From: Octopus sinensis
Taxonomy: Eukaryota
NCBI RefSeq assembly: GCF_006345805.1
Contig: NC_043000.1
Coordinates: forward strand, 149,544,001-149,608,000
Direction: 5' to 3'
Length of the DNA: 64,000 bases
How positions within the stretch are numbered: position 1 is the stretch's first letter; the number at the start of each line of letters is the position of its first letter. Under the pieces are notes generated by a model. That model did not search any database. It saw only the letters and a program-made list of their open reading frames with translations, and was not told the origin of the DNA. Positions 50,380 to 63,356 of the stretch are shown here, piece by piece. The translations under genes and the position numbers were made by a program.

Positions 50380-51740
50380 TTATTCTCTAAGAATAAAACA
50401 ACAACCTGTTGTCAAGTGTTTCACCGAGGCTTCTTCCGCGATACTTGATATCAAAGTACCAATCTCAAAATCCTTGGTAATAAAACAGTTTTCTGAATAT
50501 GTTCTTCCCTCATGTCAGTCCCAATTTCTCCTACAAATTTCGCAGAGCTTGTTAGTAATGCTCCTAATAACCCTACAACTACTGGAACAGTTAGTTTCTT
50601 CATTGCCTACATCCATGCAATCTCCTCTTTAAGTGGCTTGTACTTTTCAGTCTTTTCCAGTTCTTTACCAATCTCTCGTATATCTCCAGATGTGGAGGCG
50701 CAATGGCCCAGTGGTTAGGGCAGCGGACTCGCGGTCGTAGGATCGCGGTTTCGATTCCCAGACCGGGCGTTGTGAGTGTTTATTGAGCGAAAACACCCAA
50801 AGCTCCACGAGGCTCCGGCAGGGGATGGTGGTGATCCCTGCTGTACTCTTTCACCACAACTTTCTCTCACTCTTACTTCCTGTTTCTGTTGTACCTGTAT
50901 TTCAAAGGGCTGGCCTTGTCACTCTCTGTGTTACGCTGAATATCCCCGAGAACTACGTTAAGGGTGCACGAGTCTGTGGAGTGCTCAGCTACTTACACGT
51001 TAATTTCACGAGCAGGCTGTTCCGTTGATTCGGATCAACCGGAACCCTCGTCGTCGTAACCGACGGTGTGCTTCCATATCTCCAGATATGGCAATATCTA
51101 TAATCTTGGTTTCCTTCAACATTTTATCAACTGCAACGTTTGGTGTCCGAGCATCAATCACTGAATCACACTGGATTGTAAAATCCCACAAGATCATATA
51201 CTCATTATTCTCGGTGACGCCTTCTGGTTTATGCTCATACTGTTTTAACGTCCTCTCAAGACGGTACTTCTCACAATCTCCAAAGAACACCCTTAGCCAA
51301 GCCATCATACCTCCTTTTGTGTTCCTTTTCAGCCAATTCGCTACACACACTCACAATATGTGAGGTAGTTTCATTTTTGATGCCTCCTACCCTACAAAAA
51401 GGCAGGCGATTCAATATTTTATGTTTGGAACTTGGTGTAATTACTTCTCAAAGTTTGTTCCTGAGTACAACAGATCAATGCCTTAGTGCATCCTTTCAGG
51501 TCACTTTTCCTTAGCCACCTCCAGATGTTGGTCTTGCCTTTTTCTTCCATTTATCTGAGGTATTGCCCATTCATCGCTTTAACTTGCCACTTGTTTAATC
51601 TTTGAATCTTTGCTCTCCATCTAATTTCTTAGATTTTTTGGGTGTGTCACATTTGCACAAGGCATCGTGTTACTATTTCTAACAGCAACAATCAAGGATT
51701 CAATCTATTGTTTGACGTACCATTTCAGGTGCAAATACTT
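50380..51740 (-). mobile_element. R4/Dong-type LINE fragment split by a SINE
   Basis: ILWDFTIQCDSVIDARTP...IIDIAISGD and PVVVGLLGAL. The frames flank the SINE at 50694-51076. Confidence 0.75.
50694..51076 (+). mobile_element. OK-like tRNA-derived SINE, TSD TATCTCCAGAT
   Basis: tRNA-like head GGAGGCGCAATGGCCCAGTGG...GGTTTCGATTCCC. TSD at 50681-50691 and 51077-51087. Confidence 0.9.
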
Positions 51741-51751
51741 AGACTAGTAGT

Positions 51752-52134
51752 GGAGGCGCAATGGCCCAGTGGTTAGGGCAGCGGACTCGCGGTCATAGGA
51801 TCGCGGTTTCGATTCCCAGACCGGGCGTTGTGAGTGTTTATTGAGCGAAAACACCTAAAGCTCCACGAGGCTCCGGCAGGGGATGGTGGTGATCCCTGCT
51901 GTACTCTTTCACCACAACTTTCTCTCACTCTTACTTCCTGTTTCTGTTGTACCTGTATTTCAAAGGGCCGGCCTTGTCACTCTCTGTGTCACACTGAATA
52001 TCCCCGAGAACTATGTTAAGGGTACACGTGTCTGTGGAGTGCTCAGCCACTTACACGTTAATTTCACGAGCAGGCTGTTCCGTTGATTCGGATCAACCGG
52101 AACCCTCGTCGTCGTAACCGACGGAGTGCTTCCA
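51752..52134 (+). mobile_element. OK-like tRNA-derived SINE, TSD ACTTAGACTA
   Basis: Near-identical to 50694-51076. TSD at 51737-51746 and 52139-52148. Confidence 0.9.
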
Positions 52135-52911
52135 TTCCACTTAGACTATTTATAAGAGACGACAAAAACCAGTGATTTAGCAAAAAATTCTAAAATACAT
52201 CTGTTGATCTCAGAAGTTGGCTTCAAAAACTAGTCACATCCAATCTACATTGAAGAGACAATTGTGTTAATACTTCGATCAACTAATCTTATTGAAGTTA
52301 TTTGCTTTTTCTTTTGTTTTAGATTTCAAACCTCCCTTGTGGTATCTTTATCTTCTTGCTTAAAGAATCTTTACTTCATCTATTTCATGTATCTCACTCT
52401 TAAAAGATGTGAAAATAAATGTCAACTTTAGAATAAATATGTGAACTACCAAGTAGCAAAGGAGTCTCCATATGATAACAAAGCATGTTAGAAATAAGAA
52501 CCAACTTCTCCTCAAGTCATTCTATACTGTCTTTAACAAAGGAAGCTCACACTGAATTATGCATTTTCATGCGTGAAAACAAAAACGGATATGGTAGTAA
52601 CGATTAGAATATCACTGAACACAGGTTTGTACAGTGAGGGTAGATCTGGTACAAATAGCAACGCATATAAAAATTGGGATATTTTAAGAAATATCTCAGG
52701 AAAGCGTTGTCCTAAAATGTTATAGGAAGGTTTGCCAATCATTTTATGTTTGTAAATCAATTAATGTTTCTATCATTTCAAACAATTCTTACACAACTAA
52801 TTACCTGATATTTCTCTTTTAATGCATGCACGCGCACGTGCGTGTCTGTGAGGGCGTTATCATAACTAAAACTAGAGCTTGAAAGGTGCTTGTGTCTTGA
52901 AGATTTTAGTA

Positions 52912-54618
52912 TACTAGCATTATGACCCGTCGTTGCCGGGTCATAGTGCTAGTGCATATATATATGTGTATATATATATATGTGTACATATAACATGTAC
53001 TTCTATATATATACATCTACACATAAAATACAAAATACAAAGTTATATCTTGATATCGCTAGTGATAACAATACTCAAAATATATAACAGACTGGAATTG
53101 TAGGCTCGTCTCTTGCAATTTCGATCAATTGGATCTTGTCCTCCCTCTTGTATAGAAGTGTGGCTACAATCCAGCCTACCTCTACTTCAGGGGGGATATT
53201 TTAAATTTTTATCCGGGACGTCCTGCGTCCCAGATTTAAAGGTAAAAATAAAATATTTCCGCTTTGCAAGGTTCGAGTCGAGTACTCCCTTGCACGCTCC
53301 GTTGACTCGAACCTTGCTTCTATTGTAGCGAATTTACCGCCTCTGGTTAGATATCTTTCATAGTCGCACCAAGACACTTTTCGATGGTGCTTTCCTCCAG
53401 GTGTTCAAATCTTTTTTCTCTACATTGTATACTTTATAGACAATAGTATTTTCTTTAATTTAATTTTTTTATTTCGTTTGGTGGTGTTATCCTAGATTCA
53501 CCGTCTTTGTCGGTGATCAATCCGTATTTCCTTCATTTTAATTTCAATGAGTTCGCGCCCGCCGACGGCTGCAGCGAAATTCATTTTTGGACTTTCTTCT
53601 ATTGAAGGCATTCTAACAAAAATGCTTCCGTGTAAACGGTGAAAATATTGTCAATTTCCCCAAACAGGGACACAATTCAATTTTTAAACAATAACCAAAG
53701 CTCCTTCTCACAAAGGGGGAAGGTTACAGTTTACAATTATTTAACAAATGCTACAAAACAATGTTTCCTTTACGAGGAACCAACAAACGTGATAAAAATA
53801 GTTAAACAGTAATAATAATAACAACAAACCTTACGATGAGCCAGAAAGCAGTAAGCAGTTGAAGCTTTAGTCCTTTATGTATAAGAAATAAACCAACAGG
53901 AGCGGCTGTTCGAGAAAACAGATATTACATACAGCCAAACTTCATATAGATACTTAATGCTAGCTAATTAGCAGATAATCTAATGTAAAAGCACAGCTCC
54001 ATCTGGACTATTCCATTTCTGCACGCTAATTTTATTTTTAATTTATTCCCATTCATGTGAAACCACTTATTCAAGTTCAAGTCATTGATGCAATTTTATA
54101 CCAATCGCTATTTTTGCTTTTGTTATGTTACGATTATATTATACTTTACTTTGATTTTAATTATTACTTACTACATATAATTCAATTGTTATTATTATTT
54201 TTACTGTTAAAGTGAAAGCATCTGACATAAAATAGAGAAATGTTTTTGTTTCACTTTTAACAGGTAATACTGAAATAGTGGAGAAAATATGATATTGCCA
54301 TGGGCTCGCTCTAGGCAAGAAGTTGAACATTTTTTTTGCCGATGACACTCCCCGGACCCTAAGTAAGGCATGTGTAAAATTTGAATGAAATTGGTTGTGT
54401 AGTTTTCAAGTTTTAGGGAATCGTAGTGGAGAAGATATGATATTGCTGTGGGCTCGTCCTAGGCAAAAAGTTGAACATTGTTTTTGCCGATGACACTCCC
54501 CGGACCGTAAGTAAGACATGTGTAAAATTTGAATGAAATTGGTTGTGTAGTTCTCAAGTTTTAGGGAAACACACACACAGACAGACAGACACACATTCTC
54601 AGTTTTATATATAGAGAT
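52912..54618 (+). mobile_element. Helitron-like non-autonomous element (or two adjacent fragments)
   Basis: 5' motif ACTAGC...CCCGTCGTTGCCGGG and 3' motif TCAGTTTTATATATAGAGAT, both shared with 55213-55607 and 63842. Continuity of the interior is not verified. Confidence 0.45.
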
Positions 54619-55212
54619 TAATGCCTCTGATACTTGCTTATGGAAGCTCGACTTCGCAAACAGAACCTGGGATGATTTTTGAGATGTTTGTTTTGGGGAA
54701 AAAATGTGCGTCTTCTATGCCATGAAATACAGTGTATATTACACCAGACATTTGTACCATTTTGCCATACCTTAGAACTAATAAGGCCCTGCCAGGATTT
54801 TGAACGTGTGCAGTTTTAGGTGAAGATAAAAATCAGAAATTTACAAGTTGCTCTTAAGATAACAAAGTTCTGGGAAATGTTTATGCAGTGTACTGTAGCA
54901 AATACATAAGTAGGACCAGAACATTCTATATAGATTGAAGTTCATGAACATCCATATTATTTGTAACCCATGGGCATTAAGGAAAAAAAAACTATATATG
55001 TGACTAATTAAACACTTTTATAAAGGACGTTACTTTCTATAGTTAATACTACAGAATCCACGATTATAACTTTTTTTATAACTGTGATCTAGGAGACGTC
55101 AACTCATTAAAAGATTCAATAAATTGTAGGGGTTATATTCATTTATTATGAAAAAATACCTAAGTGCAGTTGTTTCAATACATTGTATCTTATCAAACAA
55201 AAGAATATATAT

Positions 55213-55607
55213 TTACTAGCAGTATCACCCGGTGTTGCTTGGGTTTGTTTCGATCCTTTAGAATTGGAATTTTTGAAAAGTAAACATTTTGCATTATGTA
55301 GCTTGTTATTCTCTTCAAGTGAACATTTTCCCAGTTGAAATACACCGAAAAATGTCAACACAGCAGTCAAAAATCGTAAAAAATAGGGATTTTCATAGAA
55401 AAAAAATCACCTTTTTGATGTAAATAATTTTTGGTGTTAACATGGTCCGATTTGAATTTTATCTTCTACAGAATGAAGAGCAAGCCTTCTTCTATCATAC
55501 TCTCAATTTTGGTCAACTTGCGCTGCAGGGTCTCGAAGGAGATAGTGTTAGTTGAAGGCTACCAAACCTGCCACAAACAGACAACTTCAGCTTTATATAT
55601 ATAGATT
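55213..55607 (+). mobile_element. Helitron-like non-autonomous element
   Basis: TACTAGCAGTATCACCCGG...CTTTATATATATAGAT termini. Confidence 0.6.
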
Positions 55608-56317
55608 TGCTACACACTACTTTCCATCCTTAATAATGAAACTTGGTAGATCCAAAAGTTAAACACACACACACACACAGATACACACACAGACACACAA
55701 GTTGAGTTTTATATATATAGATTTCTCAACGGGGATTTCAGAGGAGAGTTTCAAGGAGTCGCTGGCGATGTATCGTGATGATCAAAAATCCGGCCTGCTA
55801 AAATTTGGTTAAAGTGATTCAAACTGCAGACTCAACGCAAAATGGTCACATTTAATTCAAAGCGTTAAAAATGTTATGAAAACAATTGGTATGTGTTCAC
55901 AAAGTCCAAACGATTAATACGAAAAAACTCTCCAGGCTACATCCCGAAAATTCATTTCTTTGCCGAATTTCTACAATGTTTACGGCGATTCGTTTTTATA
56001 TCTTGATTTTTTATTTTTCATGCAATTTACGCATGCTTGAACGCGTGGTGAACACAGTTCACGTCAAACAGCTGACTGAGTAAAGTACACTATTCAATGC
56101 ATGGGATAAGGCCTAAACAAACACATTATCGATTTTTGCACTTGCGAGATGAATTTCGGAACAGAAACAGCGCAGTTCAATTTTCATTCGCCTAAACTTT
56201 AAGTGACCCATTTTTCGTGGTTCTACGACTTGTTGGCTAGGAGGAGATGTGCCGGGAAGTTAAACACACAGACACACAGACACACAAGTTGAGTTTTATA
56301 TATATAGATATCCGTAT

Positions 56318-56327
56318 CATCATCAGC

Positions 56328-56361
<34 letters not shown>

Positions 56362-56410
56362 GCAGCGGTAGCAACAGCAGCAGCAGCCTCATCATCAACA
56401 TCATCCTCAT
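56318..56410. repeat. (CAG)n/(CAT)n microsatellite
   Basis: Direct reading; no surrounding ORF. Confidence 0.9.
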
Positions 56411-56627
56411 CTTTGCTTAACGTTCACTTTTCCATGGTTGCAAAGGTCAGACAAAATTTGTTGGGACAGATTTTCTACAGCCCGATGCGCTTCTTGTTGC
56501 CAACCTTCTCTCAACTAATATATTTTTCATAATCCTTCCAACACTAACTGCACAATATCCCAGATATGTTTTGCAAAAGGTTAGGAACAAACGACTTTAC
56601 TTGTATGATGGTGGTATTTGTTTATAA

Positions 56628-56857
56628 GGCGGTGAGCTGGCAGAAACGTTAGCACGCCGGGCGAAATGCTTAGCGGTATTTCGTCTGCGTTACGTTGTGA
56701 GTTCGAATTCCACCGAGGTCGACTTTGCCTTTCATCCTTTCGGGGTCGTTAAATCAAGTACCAGTTACGCACTGGGGTCGATGTAATCGACTTAATACCT
56801 ATGTCTGTCCTTGTTTGTCCCCTCTGTGTTTAGCCCCTTGAGGGTAATAAAGAAATA
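56628..56857 (+). mobile_element. tRNA-derived SINE with a Tx1-like 3' tail; 14-bp TSD GGTATTTGTTTATA
   Basis: tRNA-like head, central GACTTTGCCTTTCATCCTTTCGGGGTCG domain and a tail matching Tx1 unit B/C 3' ends. TSD at 56613-56626 and 56858-56871. Confidence 0.9.
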
Positions 56858-57507
56858 GGTATTTGTTTATAGTTATTGTGAGATGTCAAAATAAGGAAAG
56901 CTAAACTCACTTTAAGACATTCTTGTATCCGCGCGCTCTCACACACGCATACACACACATAGAAAGCCAGCGCATTTCCATCAACAAAAGTTCCATGCTT
57001 TCTTATACATCAAATAAGAGGAGTGCATGACCAACAATTCCAACAGTCAAAGCATAGAATCAACCAGAATTAAAAACCAGCTACGGTGGTGAGGATAATG
57101 TTAAAATAGAGAAGAAAGATTTGCATGTAAAATTCAGTAAATGAAGCACGAGCAAAAGATCATTGGATGTCTTTCTATTGTTACAAAGACCAGCTAAAAC
57201 CAACTTTCAAAATGACTAGAATTGAACCCAAAATGTAGGAAACTGAAATCTAGAACCACTCTAACTAGGAATCACCACCGGAATTTCGAAGTCAGAAGGA
57301 TAAGTGGAAGAAAAACGCAAAGAACACACGCTAACCCTTTCTTACTGCTTTTGTTCCCACCTGTTTTAGGCAAGGATTGGACATCTCGGTGCCATTAGCA
57401 TGGAGGAACGACACAGTGAAGTGGAAATTGAAATTCTTGGAGATATGAAACGTGTGTATTTGTGTGTGTGTGTGTGCGTGTGTGTGTATGTGTGTGATGT
57501 GAGTGTA

Positions 57508-57720
57508 TCTCTTTTACTCTTTTACTTGTTTCAGTCATTTGACTGTGGCCATGCTGGAGCACCGCCTTTAGTCGAGCAAATCGACCCCGGGACTTATTCT
57601 TTTCTGTAAGCCCAGTACTTATTCTATCGGTCTCTTTTGCCGAACCGCTAAGTGACGGGGACGTAAACACACCAGCATCGGTTGTCAAGCAATGCTAGGG
57701 GGACAAACACAGACACACAA

Positions 57721-57751
<31 letters not shown>

Positions 57752-57924
57752 CATATATACGACAGGCTTCTTTCAGTTTCCGTCTACCAAATCCACTCAC
57801 AAGGCATTGGTCGGCCCGGGGCTATAGCAGAAGACACTTGCCCAAGATGCCACGCAGTGGGACTGAACCCGGAACCATGTGGTTGGTTAGCAAGCTACTT
57901 ACCACACAGCCACTCCTGTGCCTA
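57508..57924 (-). mobile_element. OR-like CORE SINE
   Basis: Same family as 25552-25982. Confidence 0.9.
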
Positions 57925-60519
57925 TATGCATTTATTTGTTTACTTCTTCATTTGCACCTCCATTTTTCCATGCTACTATGGAAAATTAGACAATTTTATT
58001 ATTCCGGCATTGTTTTGCAACTGGATACCCTTCCTGGCACTAAGCCTTCTCTGTACATGAAGTAAGGGGGCTTTTACTTCACATGTCTTCCAGCAAAAAG
58101 CTAGTGGATGATTTATTAACAGGGGAAATAACAACATCACCACTTGTAGCTCAGGGATTTTCAGAGTAGTACAAATGTAAGCAAAAACAGACATTCATAT
58201 GTGTATGTATATATTTATGTACAAAATTTAAAGGACTGACCACTAAAAGTGGACGGTCAACATGCTAGATATAGACGAAGACATTTAAATTATATATTTA
58301 TGTATGTATTGCCAGCCGTGATCGAAGGCGGTCAGCTGCGGAGGGTTTTTTTTTATTCTCTCCTTCGAAAAGGGGAAGACCATGTTTCTAAAATAAATTT
58401 TCTATCATAAGGGCAGCAACTAAAAATATCGCTTTATAAACTGAGGATGGATCATAGCTGGAATCGTACGAGTGGTAACTCTTCTTTCCCTTTCAGAAAC
58501 GAGTGTTTACGCTTGGGTTTTTTTTAATCATTAAGCTTAGCAAGTCTATAGAATGGCAATGAGCGGCGCTGGGTATTTAGAAGGTGTCATGAGTTTTCTA
58601 AGATATAAAGTATTTAAACTAGGTATTATATTTTAAGTTGAGGCGCGTGGCTTAGTGGTTAGGGCGTCAGCATCATCATCATAAGATTCGTGGTTTCGAT
58701 ACCTGGACCGGGAGGCTATGTGTTTCTGGCTAGCATGTCTAGTATGTGAGTGACTTAATAGTTATTCTGTCAGGTGGCCAAAGCATTGGGAGTAAAACTG
58801 GTTAAATAGAAACTGTGTGAAACACTGCCAGATGAAGTACAATTAATTTAAAGAGCTAACCTAGTCTCACACTAAATATGTAACCAATAAGGGGGAATGA
58901 AGAAACCAGCTCCCTGTCAATAGAATTATTCATCTGATATTTAGTTTAATTTTGTTGTGATTTTCCACAATTTATTCAGCGAATGGTGTATTTTTCTTAA
59001 TAGTTGAGAAGCATTTAGTTGAAACTCTGGGTATGTCCTTCATGTGTCACACTGATTCTGTCCCAGAATTACATTAAAGCCATATATATCTACGGAATAC
59101 TCAGCCAAATTACACTATAATTAGATTCTGGACCTGTAATTAAAAGGCCTAGCCATGTCACACTGGGTTGCGCTGATTCTACATATGGATTACGTTGTGG
59201 GTACATGTGTTCTGTGGTATACTCAGCCAGTTATATGTTAATATAATGTGTAACCATAAGACTACAAGCTGACAGAATCATTAGCACACTGGACAACATG
59301 CTTTACATTCTGAGTTCAAATTCCACCTTGGCTGACTTTGCCATTCATCCTTTCAAGGTTGGTCAAAAAAGTACCGATTGAATGTGTAACCAGTTCGGTT
59401 GATCATACAACTGAAATGATCATCTTAGAAATAGATGAAGATCCATTTCGTTTCGTTTTTGTTTACTTATACACATCAGCAAATGAGCCAATGAGATAAT
59501 CTCTATGTGGTTGTTCAATTTGCTAGAAATAACAGCCAAATCTTCCTCACACTATGCTCTACCATTTTAAAAAGGAAGGATACTTTAGTCCTAAGAGGAA
59601 GGGTGTTGCCTTCCAGCCATGTCCCTGTCCTTACTAACAGGTATTCGTTGCAACCATTGCCAGTACAAATTCCCACAAACCAGTTTCTTACTCATACTGA
59701 GCCTAGATTTACTGTACCTCTCTTTCATTAGAGATAACACTCCAAACTAGATCCAGAGGGCATCCTACCATTAAGACTAGCCTTACCACAATAAATTTCT
59801 GAAGAGATAACATTCAATTTGGGCACTGGCTCATACAGAACCTACCCAATGAAAGGATGCAGTATATCAACACAACCTCGTACCATTTGCCTAAAGCTTT
59901 TTGAACCTCATAAAGGGTGTCGGTAAGAAGATGTCTAGCTTATCCCCATGAAAAGATATATATTTACTTCGTCATTAAATTCACTGCAGTGGTATTTTTT
60001 ACCATATCGCATGAAGGGTTTAGACCGGCAATTTAAACTGGTCGTGAGCATACGTGCATATATATGTGTGTTTACGTACGTATATGTAAGTATTCGTATG
60101 TTGTATGTATATATATATATTTGTATTTATGTACTATTTTGTGTGTTATTCTACTGATGAGGCAAAGTATTTCTTATGCAAAGCCAGAAATCCAGGATCT
60201 GGAATTATCCAATAACTTTTTGCTAGTTTATTTTGTCTCTTAGTCTTCTCTCCAGGTGCTGTATGAACATTTAATGTAGCTTTAGAGTCAAGTTTTGGCT
60301 GCTATATTTAGCATGGTGGTAACTTCTCCCGCATTCACTCTAGGGAGTAGAATCTTAGCTGTTTCAGCCTTTCCCGGTAGCTGAGCTGTTGCAAAGACCC
60401 AGCAAGCCAAGTGAGACCATAACCCGTAGCCTATGCTAGGGGTGTAACCAGCCCACTTATGAGTACCTTTCCTTCATCGGACACTAAACTCTGCTTGTGA
60501 AGACCTGTTGAGGCAAGTG

Positions 60520-61026
60520 AAATCGAAATCGAAATCAAATTCGATGACAGCACAGCATAACTGGCAGTCATGTTAGTGAAGCACTAAGAGCACCATCTGA
60601 GCGTGATCGTTGCCAGAGCAGCTGACTGGCCTCCGTGCTGGGGGCACGTTAAATGCACCATTCAAGTATGATCGTTACCAGCGTCACCTTACTGGTACTT
60701 GTGCCGGTGGCACGTGAAAAATTATTTGAGTGAGGTCGTTGCCAGTGCCACTGGACTAGCTCCTGTGCAGGTGGCACGTAAAAAACACCATTTGAGCATG
60801 GCCATTGCCAGTACCGCCCGACTGGCCCTCGTGCTGGTGGCACGTAAAAGCACCCACTACACTCTCAGAGTGGTTAGCATTAAGAAGGGCATCCAGCTAT
60901 AGAAACTCTGCCAGATCAGATCGGAGCCTGGTGCAGCCATCCAGTTCGCCAGTCCTCAGTCAAATCGTCCAACCCATGCCAGCATGGAAAGCAGATGTTA
61001 AAAAGCGGATGATGATGATGATGATG

Positions 61027-61028
<2 letters not shown>
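60520..61028 (+). mobile_element. Retro-element 3' fragment with an RTE-like tail, (GAT)n end and internal ~64-bp degenerate tandem repeats
   Basis: AAGGGCATCCAGCT...CCCATGCCAGCATGGAAAGC...(GAT)n. GGCACGTRAAA recurs four times. An inverted partial copy lies near 62735-62800. Confidence 0.55.
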
Positions 61029-61107
<79 letters not shown>

Positions 61108-61385
61108 AGAACTTTTTTGGGTAATAAGATAAAAAAACCAAAGCTGTATAGATATTAGAGCATTTATAGATAGACCTTCTATCTATAAATACTCTAAAAT
61201 CTATACAGCCTTGGTTTTTATCTTATTACGCAAAAATTCTTATATACACTCGCTGACATAGAACCAACGTTGAACCATTTATTCGCAATATTACCAAATC
61301 TGGAACTTAACCATAGTCTGTCTATAGCACTTATTCAGCATTACCTGACAACTTTGGGTCTCAATGACACCATTATCTCTCTTTC

Positions 61386-61462
<77 letters not shown>

Positions 61463-61464
<2 letters not shown>

Positions 61465-61658
61465 CTCTTTTACTCTTTTATTTTTTTACTTGTTTCAGTC
61501 ATTTGACTGCGGCCATGCTGGAGCACCGCCTTTAATCGAGCAACTCAACCCCGGGACTTATTCTTTTATAAGCCCAGTACTTATTCTATCGGTCTCTTTT
61601 GCCAAACCGCTAAGTAACGGGGACATAAACACACCAGCATCGGTTGTCAAGCAATGCT
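61463..61658 (-). mobile_element. OR-like SINE, 3' half
   Basis: Matches the 3' half of 25552-25982. Confidence 0.85.
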
Positions 61659-61668
61659 ATATTATATA

Positions 61669-61975
61669 TATCTATAAAATAATATGTACAATTACTCAAT
61701 AGTCAAGATAAAACTCTGAGTTTCAGATGCCGAAGTGGAAATCCACAACACCGTCTCTTCGGTTATCTGGCGATCTGAAAAAACGCTATGAAAAAATACC
61801 GTTATATAAAGGGAAATTAGTGTGTTATAATTCTGCTAGTTATATAAAATAAGATTAAAATTTCATAGTAAAACACGTAACCGAAGAGATGGTGTTGTGG
61901 ATTTCCACTTCGGCATCTGAAACTCAGAGTTTTATCTTGACTATTGAGTAATTGTAACATATTATTTTATAGATA
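61669..61975. mobile_element. MITE-like element with ~100-bp terminal inverted repeats
   Basis: TATCTATAAAATAATATG...CTTCGGTTA is inverted at TAACCGAAG...CATATTATTTTATAGATA. Confidence 0.75.
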
Positions 61976-62062
61976 AATTTCCTCTATTTACATAATATGG
62001 AGGTCTCTTTCTTTCTTTTGTTATCTTACCGTTTTTACCAATATATTATATATATATATATA

Positions 62063-62117
<55 letters not shown>

Positions 62118-62134
62118 TATATATATATATATAT

Positions 62135-62523
62135 AGGCTTGCTTTCCAACCACATGGTTCCTGGTTCAGTCCCACTGCTTGGTACCTAAAACAAGTGTCT
62201 TCTGCTACAGACACAGGTAGTGATCAAAGCCTTATAAGTGGATTTGGTAGACAGAGACTGAAGAAGACCATCATATATGTGTGAGTCTTTGTGTTTGTGC
62301 TTGTCTCTCGAACGCCACTTGACAGTTGGTATTAGTCTATGTATATCCCTGCAACATAGCAGTTTGGCAAAAGATACCAATAAAATAATTATCGTGCTTA
62401 AAAATATTACTGGGGTTGATTCATTCGACTAAAACTTTCTCAAAGTGGTGGCCCAGCATGGCTACTGTCCAATGACTAAAACAAATATAACCCCCACACA
62501 CACACACACACATACACACACAA

Positions 62524-62576
<53 letters not shown>

Positions 62577-62844
62577 AGGCTGCTTTTAGCTTTTGTCTAG
62601 CAAATCCATTTAGAAGGCTTCCATTGACTTAGGGCTATAGCAGGAGATAGTTACTCAAGTTCAGGGCTGACCAAAAGCCTTGTCCTAGGATGACCAAATT
62701 CTTGTATGAGGATAGAAATTGAAAGCCTATCATATCATCATCATCATCATCATTAAACGTTTAATGCCAGCTTTCCATGCTGGCATGGTTTGGATGGTTT
62801 GACATGGAGCTGGCTAGCAGGGGACTGTCCAGACCCCAATATGT

Positions 62845-62877
<33 letters not shown>

Positions 62878-63080
62878 CTGTGTCTGTGTTTGTCCCACCA
62901 CCACTTCTCAACTGGTGTTGGTTTTGTTTACATCTCTGTAACTTAGTGGTTCACCAAAAAGAAATTGATAGAATAAGCACCAAGCTTAAAAAGTATTGGG
63001 GTTGATTTGTTTGACTAAAATCTTCAGAGCAGTGCCCCAGCATGGCCACGGTTTAATGGCTGAAGCAAGTAATAGAATAA
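62135..63080 (+). mobile_element. Degraded OR-like SINE fragments interspersed with (CA)n/(TG)n
   Basis: Recognisable but diverged head, CORE and tail motifs. Confidence 0.6.
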
Positions 63081-63150
63081 AAGAATCTATCTATCCATCC
63101 ATACATAAACATGCATATATATAGATATATGTAAATGCAATATCTCTCTC

Positions 63151-63185
<35 letters not shown>

Positions 63186-63325
63186 TGTGTGTGTGTGTGT
63201 CTGTGTGTGTGTCTGTGTGTGTGTGAGTGTGTGTGTGTGGTGTGTGTGTATGTGTGTGTATGTGTGTGAGTGTGTATGTGTGTGTGGTGTGTGTGTATGT
63301 GTGTGTGTATGTGTATGTGTGTGAG

Positions 63326-63356
<31 letters not shown>

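Noticed and set aside
50694-50770. tRNA genes at SINE heads (also 58640-58710)
   Set aside because: A/B boxes are present, but the sequence continues into SINE bodies with TSDs, or is degenerate, and no complete cloverleaf is evident.
56318-56410. PolyQ-coding exon
   Set aside because: The (CAG)n is not embedded in an ORF of 60 aa or more on either strand and follows a repeat terminus.
52140-60500. Host gene exons in the AT-rich, less repetitive region
   Set aside because: No ORF with recognisable protein features. Short exons cannot be excluded without transcript data.
60520-60860. CRISPR-like repeat-spacer array
   Set aside because: Eukaryotic context, degenerate repeats, homologous spacers and no cas genes.
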